NCBI GenBank assembly: GCA_043819555.1
Contig: JBDREQ010000066.1
Span: 32,001-96,000 of the forward strand
DNA length: 64,000 nucleotides
Reading direction: 5' to 3'
Source of the DNA: Candidatus Zixiibacteriota bacterium
GTDB lineage: Bacteria > Zixibacteria > MSB-5A5 > GN15 > JAAZOE01
Of the stretch, positions 30,594 through 40,426 are shown piece after piece (within the stretch, counting starts at the first letter, position 1; every line of letters starts with the position of its first letter). Position numbers and translations under genes: made by a program. The notes beneath the pieces are model-generated. The model was given only the letters and a program-made list of their open reading frames with translations. It searched no databases and had not been told where the DNA came from.

Positions 30594-32810
30594 ATGTACT
30601 GCAAATTTGGAAAATATCCGCTATGCGTAGTAATGATCATCTGCGGTCTGCTGATGTTTCCATTCAATGCCGCATGCGCCCAGGAAGTTGACAGCACGCC
30701 AAAGCCTTCAACCAGATACGGACTTGATAAAGGCGATGATTATGATACCCGGATCATGGCAATCAGTCAGAACTATGGCCAGCTTATTGAACAGCTGGAA
30801 TCAGTCATTGGTGAATTCGAAGATTATTTCGAGACTTATAGCCTGTATACCCTTGATGAAACAATGAAAGCTCTCAAAATATTGGAACAATCTATCGATA
30901 ATGAATTTTCAAAAGAAATCACTGATGAGATGATTAATAATCTCGATATTGCCCTTGATAAGGCTATGGAAAATCTGGATGAACTTTACGCGGAGCTGCG
31001 CGAGGGCAAAACTACAATCAAAAGGAAGCATCTCAGGCATTTAAGGTCTCTGGGCAATGATCTTGAAGATATTAAAGATCAATTGGAAGAGATGAAACAC
31101 GATTTTGATGAATATGAGAACTCAGACGATGAAAATATATCAATCATCATCGAAGACGCGCTGAGGCAAGCCCAACGGGGACTTCGCGAAGCCGAAATGA
31201 AATTCCGTGAAAAAGAACGACATGGTGAGATCGATTTGCCGAAAATCGAGGTATTGGTTGATCTTGACAGTCTAATGGGAAACCTTTCGCTTTTGGATTT
31301 ACCAGCCGTTCCGTCTATGCCAAACCTGCCGGAATTTGACTCCTATCTGGAAAAATCCGCATCTATTTCTGCCAGCGGCAGTAATGCGACCATCACCGTG
31401 ATAAACACAATTGGCGGTATTACGGTTACGACAAGAAATAGCTCTGAGATAATAGCAGAATTGACCATCAATTATTCTGAAAATTCGAAGACCAGCACAA
31501 AAATCGCCGAACAAATCAAATTAAGGGCAGAATCGAATTCAGGTACCGATACCGGGAATGACGGTATCACAATTGAAGTAGTCTATCCGTTTTTGGATAA
31601 TAGTGAAAAAGCCATCGGAATAGTATCATCCCATCTGGACCTGAAAATTCCTCGCGATAATCCTCTTAAACTTATCAATGCCTTCGGGCCGGTATCAGTG
31701 ACCAATCATAAAAATAAGGTGATTGTTAAATCGAGTTTTTCAAATATTGAATTGATGCATATTGACGGTGATGTGTATGTCACCAACTCTACCGGAGAGA
31801 TCATCCTCAAAGACATTACAGGGCATTCTGAAATCACCAATTCTTTCGGACCTATTGAGGCAAATATGCTTAATGGAAAATCCATAATTAAAAATAGTTA
31901 TGCTCCTGTTTCAATTTATAGGTCTACAGGTGAACTCGAAATCAATACTTCGGGTGAGGTCATCATTAATCACCTCGAGGGAAACGCCGAGATTCAATCA
32001 AGCAATGGCAAAATGGAGATTTATGATATTACCGGAAATCTTGAAGCTTCCAATTCATTCGGTGAAGTATTGGTCGAAAATATTGGCGGGAACGCCATTA
32101 TCGAAAACGTCAATGCTGAGATTGAGATTAATAATGTCGGCGGTACTCTCGAAGTCACCAACCGCATGGCCCCAATCAATATCGTTCAGGTCGGTAAAAA
32201 CGTGGATGTCGAATCATCCAATTGCCGGATATCCATTGAACTTGCCGAACGCGATGTCGATGTCAGCGGCCGCTTTGGAGAGATTGACGTGGAAGGCGTG
32301 GGCGGCTCCGTCAGAATTAATAATACCAGCGCCTCGGTAAATGTTTCCGACGTCGCCGGAAACGTAATTGTATCTAACCAGAATTCCCCAATTTCATTAT
32401 ATTTAATTAAGGGCGATATTGATATTGACAATCAGAATTCATCGGTGGATTTGGAAAATATTAGTGGTCGCTCTGTAGTCAGCACCAGTTTTGGCCTTAT
32501 TTCCGGAGAAAATATCAAAGGAGATTTTCAGATTACCAACGACAATGGTTCAATAGAATTAATGAGTATTCCGGATATTTCTCAGGATTGCCAAATTTCC
32601 ACGCGGCACGGCAATATCGAATTGGAACTGCCCGACAATAATCGCTATAACTTAAACGTCTACACGTCATTGGGAAGAATCGATTCAGATTTGTCGTTAA
32701 AAATCTCCACCAATGGCAATATTATGTACGGTGAATTATTTATTAGTAATGAAAAACCGACCCTGACAATCCATGGTGATAATTCTTCAATAAAAATTGC
32801 AACCAATTAA
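30594..32810 (+). CDS. Exported DUF4097 beta-strand-repeat protein with N-terminal coiled coil
   Basis: Signal peptide, acidic coiled coil, many i.G.v.i.ns.G.i repeats. Confidence 0.8.
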   Translation: MYCKFGKYPLCVVMIICGLLMFPFNAACAQEVDSTPKPSTRYGLDKGDDYDTRIMAISQNYGQLIEQLESVIGEFEDYFETYSLYTLDETMKALKILEQSIDNEFSKEITDEMINNLDIALDKAMENLDELYAELREGKTTIKRKHLRHLRSLGNDLEDIKDQLEEMKHDFDEYENSDDENISIIIEDALRQAQRGLREAEMKFREKERHGEIDLPKIEVLVDLDSLMGNLSLLDLPAVPSMPNLPEFDSYLEKSASISASGSNATITVINTIGGITVTTRNSSEIIAELTINYSENSKTSTKIAEQIKLRAESNSGTDTGNDGITIEVVYPFLDNSEKAIGIVSSHLDLKIPRDNPLKLINAFGPVSVTNHKNKVIVKSSFSNIELMHIDGDVYVTNSTGEIILKDITGHSEITNSFGPIEANMLNGKSIIKNSYAPVSIYRSTGELEINTSGEVIINHLEGNAEIQSSNGKMEIYDITGNLEASNSFGEVLVENIGGNAIIENVNAEIEINNVGGTLEVTNRMAPINIVQVGKNVDVESSNCRISIELAERDVDVSGRFGEIDVEGVGGSVRINNTSASVNVSDVAGNVIVSNQNSPISLYLIKGDIDIDNQNSSVDLENISGRSVVSTSFGLISGENIKGDFQITNDNGSIELMSIPDISQDCQISTRHGNIELELPDNNRYNLNVYTSLGRIDSDLSLKISTNGNIMYGELFISNEKPTLTIHGDNSSIKIATN

Positions 32811-32934
32811 CTCTCTGTTTGTAAAATTAATCAGAATGAAAAATAAACGAAACTTTAGGACTCGTTTCTACGAATTATAAAGTAGAAGACAATAAAGTGA
32901 CGGATAGGTAAATTTTTCAAAGGTGGACGATTGT

Positions 32935-32960
32935 AAGGGCCGGATTTCTCTGGCCCTTTT
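32935..32960 (+). terminator. Intrinsic terminator
   Basis: AAGGGCCGGA-tttc-TCTGGCCCTTTT. Confidence 0.75.
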
Positions 32961-33041
32961 CTTCATTAATAATTTTATTTTCCCCGGATCATGATTTTTA
33001 ATTGATTTTTGGTAAGAATGGCGCTGAACGGATAAATATCG

Positions 33042-34358
33042 TTATTTCGATTCGGCGGTAATTCGCTTTTCAACTTCTATTTTCGCGATCTGGTTTCGGA
33101 GCTTATCCTCGATATCGAGAATCGAAGTTTCATCATGATAAACCGTCGTATCAAAGCTGGACATAGCTTTGAGTTCTTCAAGCACCAGTGAAATCGTCTC
33201 TACCGATTTTATAATGACATCCATCGATTTGGCGGCAGTATTTTTGTCATCGGTAATTATTCCCCTGGATACAGCCAGTTCGACCAACTGCGCCCGCCCC
33301 AGAATTGTCGCCGAAGCATTATTGATATAGTGAGACAAAGTCGCGGTTATAGTCTTCAATGAATCGAGAGCGGCCTTTTTCAACTGGTCACGGGCAATCT
33401 GGGCCTGCATTTTCCGATTATCACGCAAAACAGATTCCACCAGAATATATTGCTTATAAATCAATCTATTGGCCTCTTCCAAAAGGTCAATCGGCGAACC
33501 TATCTGGATATCTAAAAACTCAGATTCATTCACCAGCATCTTCATTACCCGTTCCTGCAACTCAGCCAAAACGGTCGGGCCTATCCCTAAAGTTTGCGAC
33601 AGGAATTCAATCTTTTCAATTTCCGATTTCTCAAGGGGCGGTGTCTGGCAAACCTTAAACCTCGAAACCAGATTTCCAAGACAAATAATCTGTCCCAGCC
33701 TGTCTGCTGGAATTGAATTTTCATCATGAATATCATCATGATGCCCGGATATCGCCTCACCGATATACCCCAGTATTTTCCATTGATCCAAAAGAAATTT
33801 GGCCACCCGGGCATGATTGGTACCCCACACCGCCTCTTCAAGCCTAACCTGATTCTCACCGGCTTCAACTTGTTTCCATATGCGTTTGAATTGGTCAGGG
33901 AAATTTGCCTGAAGGACTAAAACTCCAAGATCATGCATTAAACCGGCTACAAAGGCTTCTTCGGCGGGTCGATAATTACAAATGCGGGCTATCTCACGGC
34001 AAGCAATCGCGACTTCCAGTGAATGCCGCCAAAAATGAATCCGATTTACTATTGAATTTTCGGTATCAAATTTATGATAAAGCCCGGTAGATAGCGCCAT
34101 CGCCTTAACCGACCGCATCCCCATCGCCACTACGGACTGGTTTACGGTTGCGATTTCGCGGGTTGGCCCATAAAACGGAGAATTTACGACTCTCAAAAGC
34201 CGGGCCGTTAAGGATGGGTCTTTCATGATTACATTGGCCAATGCGCCCGCTGTAGAATTATCATCATCAGCGACACGGATGATCTCCGCCAAAACCTGCG
34301 GCAATGATGCAAGTTCCCGGTTGCCTTTTAGTAAATCAAATATTTGTTCTTCTGACAT
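33042..34358 (-). CDS. HDOD-domain signalling protein with C-terminal HisKA-like segment
   Basis: LASLP, DPSLTARLLRVVNS, FWRHS, GLMHDLG; C-terminal TLSHYINN H-box. Confidence 0.85.
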   Translation of the reverse strand: MSEEQIFDLLKGNRELASLPQVLAEIIRVADDDNSTAGALANVIMKDPSLTARLLRVVNSPFYGPTREIATVNQSVVAMGMRSVKAMALSTGLYHKFDTENSIVNRIHFWRHSLEVAIACREIARICNYRPAEEAFVAGLMHDLGVLVLQANFPDQFKRIWKQVEAGENQVRLEEAVWGTNHARVAKFLLDQWKILGYIGEAISGHHDDIHDENSIPADRLGQIICLGNLVSRFKVCQTPPLEKSEIEKIEFLSQTLGIGPTVLAELQERVMKMLVNESEFLDIQIGSPIDLLEEANRLIYKQYILVESVLRDNRKMQAQIARDQLKKAALDSLKTITATLSHYINNASATILGRAQLVELAVSRGIITDDKNTAAKSMDVIIKSVETISLVLEELKAMSSFDTTVYHDETSILDIEDKLRNQIAKIEVEKRITAESK

Positions 34359-34377
34359 ATTCCTTACCCTAACCAGA

Positions 34378-34404
34378 TTATCGACAGTATCTTATAAAGA
34401 TTTA
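34378..34404 (-). promoter_or_regulatory. Sigma28 (FliA)-type promoter
   Basis: Minus strand TAAA-N15-GTCGATAA, 20 bp upstream of the HDOD gene start. Confidence 0.55.
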
Positions 34405-35606
34405 GAAGAAATTCGCCGGCACTTGATATTAATTCGTTTTTTTCGATGATTTAATTGTTTTTTTTGTGTAACCGTCATTTCGAGGTTAAGCATCAACTCA
34501 ACTGTGTCTGCCGCTGCGACCGGATCCTTTTTCGTATGCTCTTGATACTTAGCCAATTCCAATAAATGCTTGAAAACTTGAGGATCATCCAGACGAGATT
34601 CTGAATTTTTCCAAATTTCGCTGGCCTCATCCACCAATCCCAGCTTTTTTAACGTTAATGAATATTGCAGCTGCGTCACTAATGAACTTTCATTAATATA
34701 ACCTCTTCGGATATATTTTGTATATTCAAGCAATTGTTCAAACCGCTTATTCCTGAAAAAATGATTTATGACGCCTTCCATCAACGCCACCGAATTTGTC
34801 TTTTCAGGGCGAGCCAAAACTTCCGGAATATATCGTGTCACCAGCGCCAGAGAGATAACATCCAGCCGATTATGGCGGATAATCTCGGGAATCAAATCGG
34901 GTTGGCGGTCATATATGTAATCAAAATACTTGGCCGGGATTAAATATCCGGGAATATCCTCTCCCCGGTCAAACGATAATAAATATTTTTCGAGAGTTAT
35001 CAGCGAACAATCGTCCCCCAGCCGGCGAAAGAGCGACCGCGCCGGATGCAAAACATCGATATGATCACCGATTTCAGGCACATCCATACGATTGATCGTA
35101 TATCGCCCCGATATCATCGGCCAGTCAAATGATTTACCGTTGTATGTTACCAAAATATTATCAGGTGTGAAGAATTCAGCTGATAAATTTAGAAACAACT
35201 CTTCATGAGGGTAATCGGGCAAAAAATACTGAACGACACGGAAACAATCTTTATGAAAATACCCGAATCCGCACAAAAACACCACCATCCCCGCTCCGGA
35301 AAGGCCCGTTGTTTCGGTATCGAAAAACACGAACTTCTTCGGGTCGTATTTCGACTCATCTCCGCCAGTATTGAAATGCCAATTTTGATAAAGGTCAGTG
35401 TGCAGATGCTCATGTATATCTTTTAAATCCGAGTAGGGGAAAATATCGTGGTCATCGACAATTTTGAGCACGACGCTTCCCTCGATTTGGATGATTTCCG
35501 CACCGAGAATCTCCGCTAACTTAGGCAGATTCTCATCGCCGGTAAAATCATCCCCCGGCAAATCATAAAACTTATCGAGAGTCTGTAGCCGCTTCTTCTT
35601 TTTCAT
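34392..35606 (-). CDS. YprB/MrfB-like RNase H-fold (DEDD) exonuclease with helical C-terminus
   Basis: FFDTETTGLSG, TYNGKSFD, HIDVL and HNRLDV; start placed at MKKKKR. Confidence 0.85.
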   Translation of the reverse strand: MKKKKRLQTLDKFYDLPGDDFTGDENLPKLAEILGAEIIQIEGSVVLKIVDDHDIFPYSDLKDIHEHLHTDLYQNWHFNTGGDESKYDPKKFVFFDTETTGLSGAGMVVFLCGFGYFHKDCFRVVQYFLPDYPHEELFLNLSAEFFTPDNILVTYNGKSFDWPMISGRYTINRMDVPEIGDHIDVLHPARSLFRRLGDDCSLITLEKYLLSFDRGEDIPGYLIPAKYFDYIYDRQPDLIPEIIRHNRLDVISLALVTRYIPEVLARPEKTNSVALMEGVINHFFRNKRFEQLLEYTKYIRRGYINESSLVTQLQYSLTLKKLGLVDEASEIWKNSESRLDDPQVFKHLLELAKYQEHTKKDPVAAADTVELMLNLEMTVTQKKQLNHRKKRINIKCRRISSKSL

Positions 35607-36543
35607 TCTTCTTGTTGTACTTAGATAGCATGTAGCGGTAAAAATAATATGCATCCCAACTGACAGCTACGGAAGACCAAGGATTATCAAAAATAGTCAT
35701 AGGAGGTGTATTATACAAATAAAACACACCAAATGCTTGCAATACTTCATCTGTCTTAATTTCGCTGCTCCATTGATTGATCTTTTCGCTGTAATCATAT
35801 TGACAGGTATCATTATTCATTACACTATATAGATATTTCAAAGCCAAAGATGTCTGTACTTCACTGCCGTATCTTTGTAAAATATCTGCCTTCACTTCAC
35901 AATCCAAATTCAACAACGCCTCATATGCACTGAACCGGACGCCGTAATATTTGTCATCCAATACCGGTACGAGAATCTCAAACAATTCTTCATCTTTTAC
36001 CATTCGTCCGACAGCAACTGCCGCCATGGTCCGCACCAGTTCGTTTTCGTCTTGCAATGCTGATTTTATCGCATCCAACCCCCGTCGGTCGCCGATTTTC
36101 CCCAGCGCCCGGATGGTTTCATACCGCACCCAGTAATACGAATGGTCTTTGACTTTCAGTAAATTCTCCACCGACGAAGAATCTGGAATATAATGTAAAA
36201 TTAGAGCTACTCGCGATAGCTGCAGAGAATCCTCAACTGTCAGAAGCGCATCGTTGAGAAGCGGCACAGCTGGAGTTTCGATTTTCCTGAATATCTGTTC
36301 CAGTGTCGAGCGTTCTCGCGCGTCAATCGTTCCCAGCTTATCAATCAAAAACGGCACGATTTCGATACCATGCCCTGCCATATCAGTAATTGTCGGCTGA
36401 ACCATATCACGATATTTCATCGCCCCCGACGACGCAATAACAAACATCGAATCGACCGTTTGCTGCGTTAGTTCTGCTTTTACGGGAAGAGATAAACCAG
36501 TCATTAAAGCAATTACTATTGCCGTTAAAATAAACTTTCTCAT
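35572..36543 (-). CDS. Exported HEAT-repeat protein
   Basis: Signal peptide; VRYETIRALGKIGD, VRTMAAVAVG and VRFSAYEAL repeats. Confidence 0.8.
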   Translation of the reverse strand: MRKFILTAIVIALMTGLSLPVKAELTQQTVDSMFVIASSGAMKYRDMVQPTITDMAGHGIEIVPFLIDKLGTIDARERSTLEQIFRKIETPAVPLLNDALLTVEDSLQLSRVALILHYIPDSSSVENLLKVKDHSYYWVRYETIRALGKIGDRRGLDAIKSALQDENELVRTMAAVAVGRMVKDEELFEILVPVLDDKYYGVRFSAYEALLNLDCEVKADILQRYGSEVQTSLALKYLYSVMNNDTCQYDYSEKINQWSSEIKTDEVLQAFGVFYLYNTPPMTIFDNPWSSVAVSWDAYYFYRYMLSKYNKKNEKEEAATDSR

Positions 36544-36572
36544 TCTGTTATCCTAAGTTATTTATCTGCCTC

Positions 36573-36711
36573 TGTCATTCCCGAGAGTCCCGTGAAACGG
36601 GACGAGTCGGGAATCCATACTGACTTAACAATAAATTGACAAATTCAACCTTTTTTCACACTCTTTATGGATTCCCGCAACGACCCATTTGGGTCTTTCG
36701 CGGGAATGACA
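36573..36711. repeat. GTCATTCC...GGAATGAC palindromic repeat element
   Basis: TGTCATTCCCG..hairpin..CGGGAATCCA, spacer with GACAAATTCAAC, then TGGATTCCCGC..GCGGGAATGACA. Confidence 0.8.
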
Positions 36712-36730
36712 TCGAATTATATTTACCCGT

Positions 36731-36828
36731 GTAGGGACAATCCTCGGATTGTCGTAATGTCAAAACCGAATGGGTTTTGACCTACAGTTCTTGTCCGGTG
36801 GGCCGCAGACGTCCCCGTCTGCCCCTAC
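36731..36828. repeat. Cluster of GTAG-type REP palindromes
   Basis: GTAGGGACAATC..GATTGTC; GTCAAAACC..GGTTTTGACCTAC; GCAGACG..CGTCTGCCCCTAC. Confidence 0.65.
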
Positions 36829-38732
36829 TTTCCTCCAATCGTATCTGTTGGCAATTCAATCTTCTTCAAATCCAATCCGCCGCCCCACTTGCCGGGGACT
36901 TTCCAGAACCGGCCATTACCGCCGTTAGCTCCATACCGATCATCGCCGTCCATATCGAGAAACAATCCGATTGAACCATAATCCCGGCGAGGATTGCCGT
37001 ACCCCTGAGTATTGTGCGTATCAGTTGTAAAATTTCCGTCGTTGCCGTTCAAATCCGTAAATATTCCGATTCCGTTAGCCTGCCCGGCTCCATGCGCCAA
37101 ACCCTGCGCCGAATAAACATCATTACCGCCCCGGTCGAGAAGCCATCCGCACGAATAATCATGCCCACATCCCTGGCAAACGCCATTGGATCGATATATA
37201 TCATCGCCCCCGCCGTCAAGCAGCAATCCCAATGCCATATGCGCTCCTGCGCCCTGAGCATACTGATACGAAGCGTACAAGTCATTGCCCGATTTATCCC
37301 AGAGCATCCCCAGCGACCACCAGTACCCAGAACCCTGCGCAAAGAAATCGGCGATATACGAATCATTCCCGCCATAATCGCAGATAAATCCGAATCCGCC
37401 CGACATATATGGACGCACACCGATAGCGAATCCCTGCGAAAGCGATTGATAATGATCCCCAGGATGAAAAAATTCTTTGTATTTGGGCTGAACGGTGTAA
37501 GTATCGTTTCCGGCAAAATCGGCAATCCCGCCGACTCCCCGCACAAACCCGAATCCCTGGCTCTGGAAGTGGCAGGTGTACGTATCCGAGCCATCTTCGT
37601 CAATTAAAAGTCCCAGTCCGAACGTCCCGGCACCCTGCACGAAGGTATCGCCGAAATATTTATCGTTCCCTTTTTTATCCCACAAAATCCCGACGCCGAA
37701 ATACCCCGACCCCAGCGAGAAATTTTTGCCCCAATAGATATCGTCGCCCTCATAGTCGATCAGAAGCGAATACGACAGCGCTCCCGACGCCAGCGCGAAA
37801 TCGGTCTCGGCTTTGTAGATATCATTCCCGGAATAATCGACAATCAACGTCGGATGAGGATTTTCGATATCGTACGAGATATTATAAACATCATCCCCCC
37901 CCGGATCGATAATCATGAAGTAATCCCCGGTGTAGGTGTCGTTGGCGGTTGTGCCAATAATTATTTTGAATTTTCCGGATCCAAATTCAAAAAGAGGTTT
38001 GCCTACTTTTCTCTTCAAAATATTTGGATTATTATTTAAAGTATCCATCAAAATACCAATATAGTGTTCGACAAATGATACTCGATCAAACCAATGATCA
38101 GGAATGTCTGCAGATGACTCGGCAAAATATTTTGTCCATTCTTCCTCTATTTGTTGGATCGAATCCAATTGCTCATTTGTCCAAACTCTATAATCGGGAT
38201 CGTCCAGAATAAATTCCTTATACTTTTGCATTATAAATTTATTCTTTTCAGATTCCCAATCTTCCCCCATTGCATCAAATACATATTTTTCCAAAAGATT
38301 TAATTCATCATAGACTGGATTTATGTAATAATTGAGAGGCTCTTTAATTTTTAATCCTACCGGAACAGTAAATTCAATTTCGTTCCGCTTATATATATTT
38401 TCGTTACCAATTCTGTTAAACAGCCATATCAAAACACTATCGGGAACGGAATTAAATTTCAACAATTCCGCCGCACAACTATCCCCAAAATCATCCATCA
38501 GGAGCGGGTGTTTCATCAGGCTGTCAACAATTTTCAAACGATACGGATCCTTGGGCATATAATCATCACGGAATGTAAAATCATCGCGCGTAAACAGCAT
38601 ATACGACATCAACTGGTCCAGCCCCGCATTGAGCAGGCTGTCGGAGTTTACAAACGTCGTGTCATTATTGGAATCCTGAGCGGCCACCGGAATCGCAACC
38701 GCTAATATCAGAAGTAGAGTAAGTTTTTTCAT
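36825..38732 (-). CDS. Exported protein with Gly/Asp-rich (D..G.D.Y...QG.G) repeats, putative Ca-binding beta-solenoid
   Basis: Signal peptide; about 10 repeats such as LWDKKGNDKY and LLDGGGDDIY. Confidence 0.75.
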   Translation of the reverse strand: MKKLTLLLILAVAIPVAAQDSNNDTTFVNSDSLLNAGLDQLMSYMLFTRDDFTFRDDYMPKDPYRLKIVDSLMKHPLLMDDFGDSCAAELLKFNSVPDSVLIWLFNRIGNENIYKRNEIEFTVPVGLKIKEPLNYYINPVYDELNLLEKYVFDAMGEDWESEKNKFIMQKYKEFILDDPDYRVWTNEQLDSIQQIEEEWTKYFAESSADIPDHWFDRVSFVEHYIGILMDTLNNNPNILKRKVGKPLFEFGSGKFKIIIGTTANDTYTGDYFMIIDPGGDDVYNISYDIENPHPTLIVDYSGNDIYKAETDFALASGALSYSLLIDYEGDDIYWGKNFSLGSGYFGVGILWDKKGNDKYFGDTFVQGAGTFGLGLLIDEDGSDTYTCHFQSQGFGFVRGVGGIADFAGNDTYTVQPKYKEFFHPGDHYQSLSQGFAIGVRPYMSGGFGFICDYGGNDSYIADFFAQGSGYWWSLGMLWDKSGNDLYASYQYAQGAGAHMALGLLLDGGGDDIYRSNGVCQGCGHDYSCGWLLDRGGNDVYSAQGLAHGAGQANGIGIFTDLNGNDGNFTTDTHNTQGYGNPRRDYGSIGLFLDMDGDDRYGANGGNGRFWKVPGKWGGGLDLKKIELPTDTIGGK

Positions 38733-38796
38733 CCCTCATTAAAACAAACGACATATATCTGTGTCAATCATAAAGTGCTATATGCGACAGATACTA

Positions 38797-39246
38797 TGTC
38801 ATTCTCGAGAGCCCCGTGCAACGGGACGAATCGGGAATCCACGCGGAGTCTGAAATATCTTATCAACACTGTTTACAGCATTTTTGTCATCCGCGCGACA
38901 GCCAAAAGCAAGCCTTTACCTGTGTCATTCCCAAGAGCGAAGCCCCGAAGAGGGCGAAGCGAGTCGGGAATCCAGACAGCGTATTTGACATATGACAAAT
39001 TCAACATTTCTTCAATCGCTCCATGGATTCCAGCTTGCGTTTCGCTTTCGCGAAACTTGCTGGAATGACTTTGAAAATTAATCAGTTTAGTAGGATTGGA
39101 GTCCACTAGTTTCCCGGCTGTGTCATTCCCGAGAGCGAAGCCCCTAAGGGCGAAGCGAGTCGGAAATCCAGACAGCGTATTTGACATATGACAAATTCAA
39201 CATTTTATTACGGCCAGCATGGATTCCTGCGTGCGCAGGTATGGCA
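38797..39246. repeat. Tandem copies of the GTCATTCC palindromic element
   Basis: Copies start at 38797, 38923 and 39121; the last two are near-identical direct repeats 198 bp apart. Confidence 0.85.
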
Positions 39247-39524
39247 CGAGTATGACTTTTTTAAGTAACGACAACTCTCGAATTGCGCCGTGTCAAAATT
39301 ATTCCAATTCCGTGCCACACAGCATCTTATGCAGCCCAAATACGCCTTGCTGTTTTTGTTCGGGATGTGGACATTATTTCGATTGATTTACCTCTGTGCA
39401 AATTGGTAACTTACAATAAATACTAAACTATCCAATTAAAACATTGTTCGCATTCTGGACAGTTTTATATATAATTTTCATATTTCTTTTTTTAACTTTT
39501 TGCGTCACAATACATAACATCATA

Positions 39525-39540
39525 CGGCACAAAAATTGCT
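39525..39540 (+). promoter_or_regulatory. Sigma54 (-24/-12) promoter
   Basis: CGGCACAAAAATTGCT, 45 bp upstream of a PEP-CTERM gene. Confidence 0.75.
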
Positions 39541-39584
39541 CGAAAGTGGATAGATAAATAGGTCTTAAAATAGGAGACTGAGAG

Positions 39585-40262
39585 ATGAAAAAGAAAATAG
39601 TAATTTTGCTACTGACACTATTCGCCTTGGGTGCCGTAGCTAATGCAGGACTGACGGGACATTATTATAATCTTCCCCTAAGACACCCCGATATGCAGAG
39701 GTGGATTACCGGGCTCGACGCAGGCTATGTTGAAAACGCCCTAACCGGAGCAACTCCTACACTTACAGCTTATGGAAACACTCGCGTTTCTCAATGGGAT
39801 TGGTGGGACGCTTCTTATTATTCAATGACGCGTGTTGATTCAGACGGCGATCTGGCAAGCTCGTTTCAATCAAGCTGGTTCCCTCTCAATGAAGGCGTTG
39901 AGGGAGATCCGTATTATTTCGCGGTCCACTGGGAAGGCCAGTTTTATGTCGCGGCTGATATGACTTATACCTATCACATGTCCAGCGATGACGATTCCTG
40001 GCTGTTTATTGACAATGCGCTTACTCTCGACCTCGGCGGTGTTCACGGCATGACCTCAACGAATTATAACGTTACTCTGACAGCCGGCTGGCACGACATG
40101 GATATTTTCTTCGCCGAACGCCACACTACACAATCCGGATTCCGTCTGAACTTCTTCTCCGATCTCGAACCGACACCATCTATTCCCGAACCGGCTACGA
40201 TGATTCTTTTTGGAATGGGCTTACTGGGTGGCGTCGTTGCCCGACGATTCAAAAAACGCTAA
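39585..40262 (+). CDS. PA14/fibro-slime domain protein with PEP-CTERM sorting signal
   Basis: SDDDSWLFID, DLGGVH and FFAERHT; C-terminal IPEPATMILFGMGLLGGVVARRFKKR. Confidence 0.9.
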   Translation: MKKKIVILLLTLFALGAVANAGLTGHYYNLPLRHPDMQRWITGLDAGYVENALTGATPTLTAYGNTRVSQWDWWDASYYSMTRVDSDGDLASSFQSSWFPLNEGVEGDPYYFAVHWEGQFYVAADMTYTYHMSSDDDSWLFIDNALTLDLGGVHGMTSTNYNVTLTAGWHDMDIFFAERHTTQSGFRLNFFSDLEPTPSIPEPATMILFGMGLLGGVVARRFKKR

Positions 40263-40281
40263 AACTTTTATTCTGACAGCA

Positions 40282-40313
40282 AAAAAGGCGGTCTATTATG
40301 GCCGCCTTTTTTT
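40282..40313. terminator. Bidirectional intrinsic terminator
   Basis: AAAAAAGGCGGTC-tattat-GGCCGCCTTTTTT. Confidence 0.85.
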
Positions 40314-40426
40314 ATATTCATTCATAATTTCACAGCGCTACTCACCATACAAAAAATGAACCAATGCAAAAGCCCTAGTCATATTTTCAACCAGGGCTTT
40401 TGAATGTGGAAAATAGTATGCGATTT

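Noticed and set aside
38775..39187. ORFs 38775..39068 (+) and 38873..39187 (-)
   Set aside because: They are translations of the palindromic repeat array, with no protein-like features.
38797..39246. Possible CRISPR array
   Set aside because: Units are over 120 bp with conserved spacers and internal inverted halves; no regular repeat-unique spacer pattern and no cas genes.
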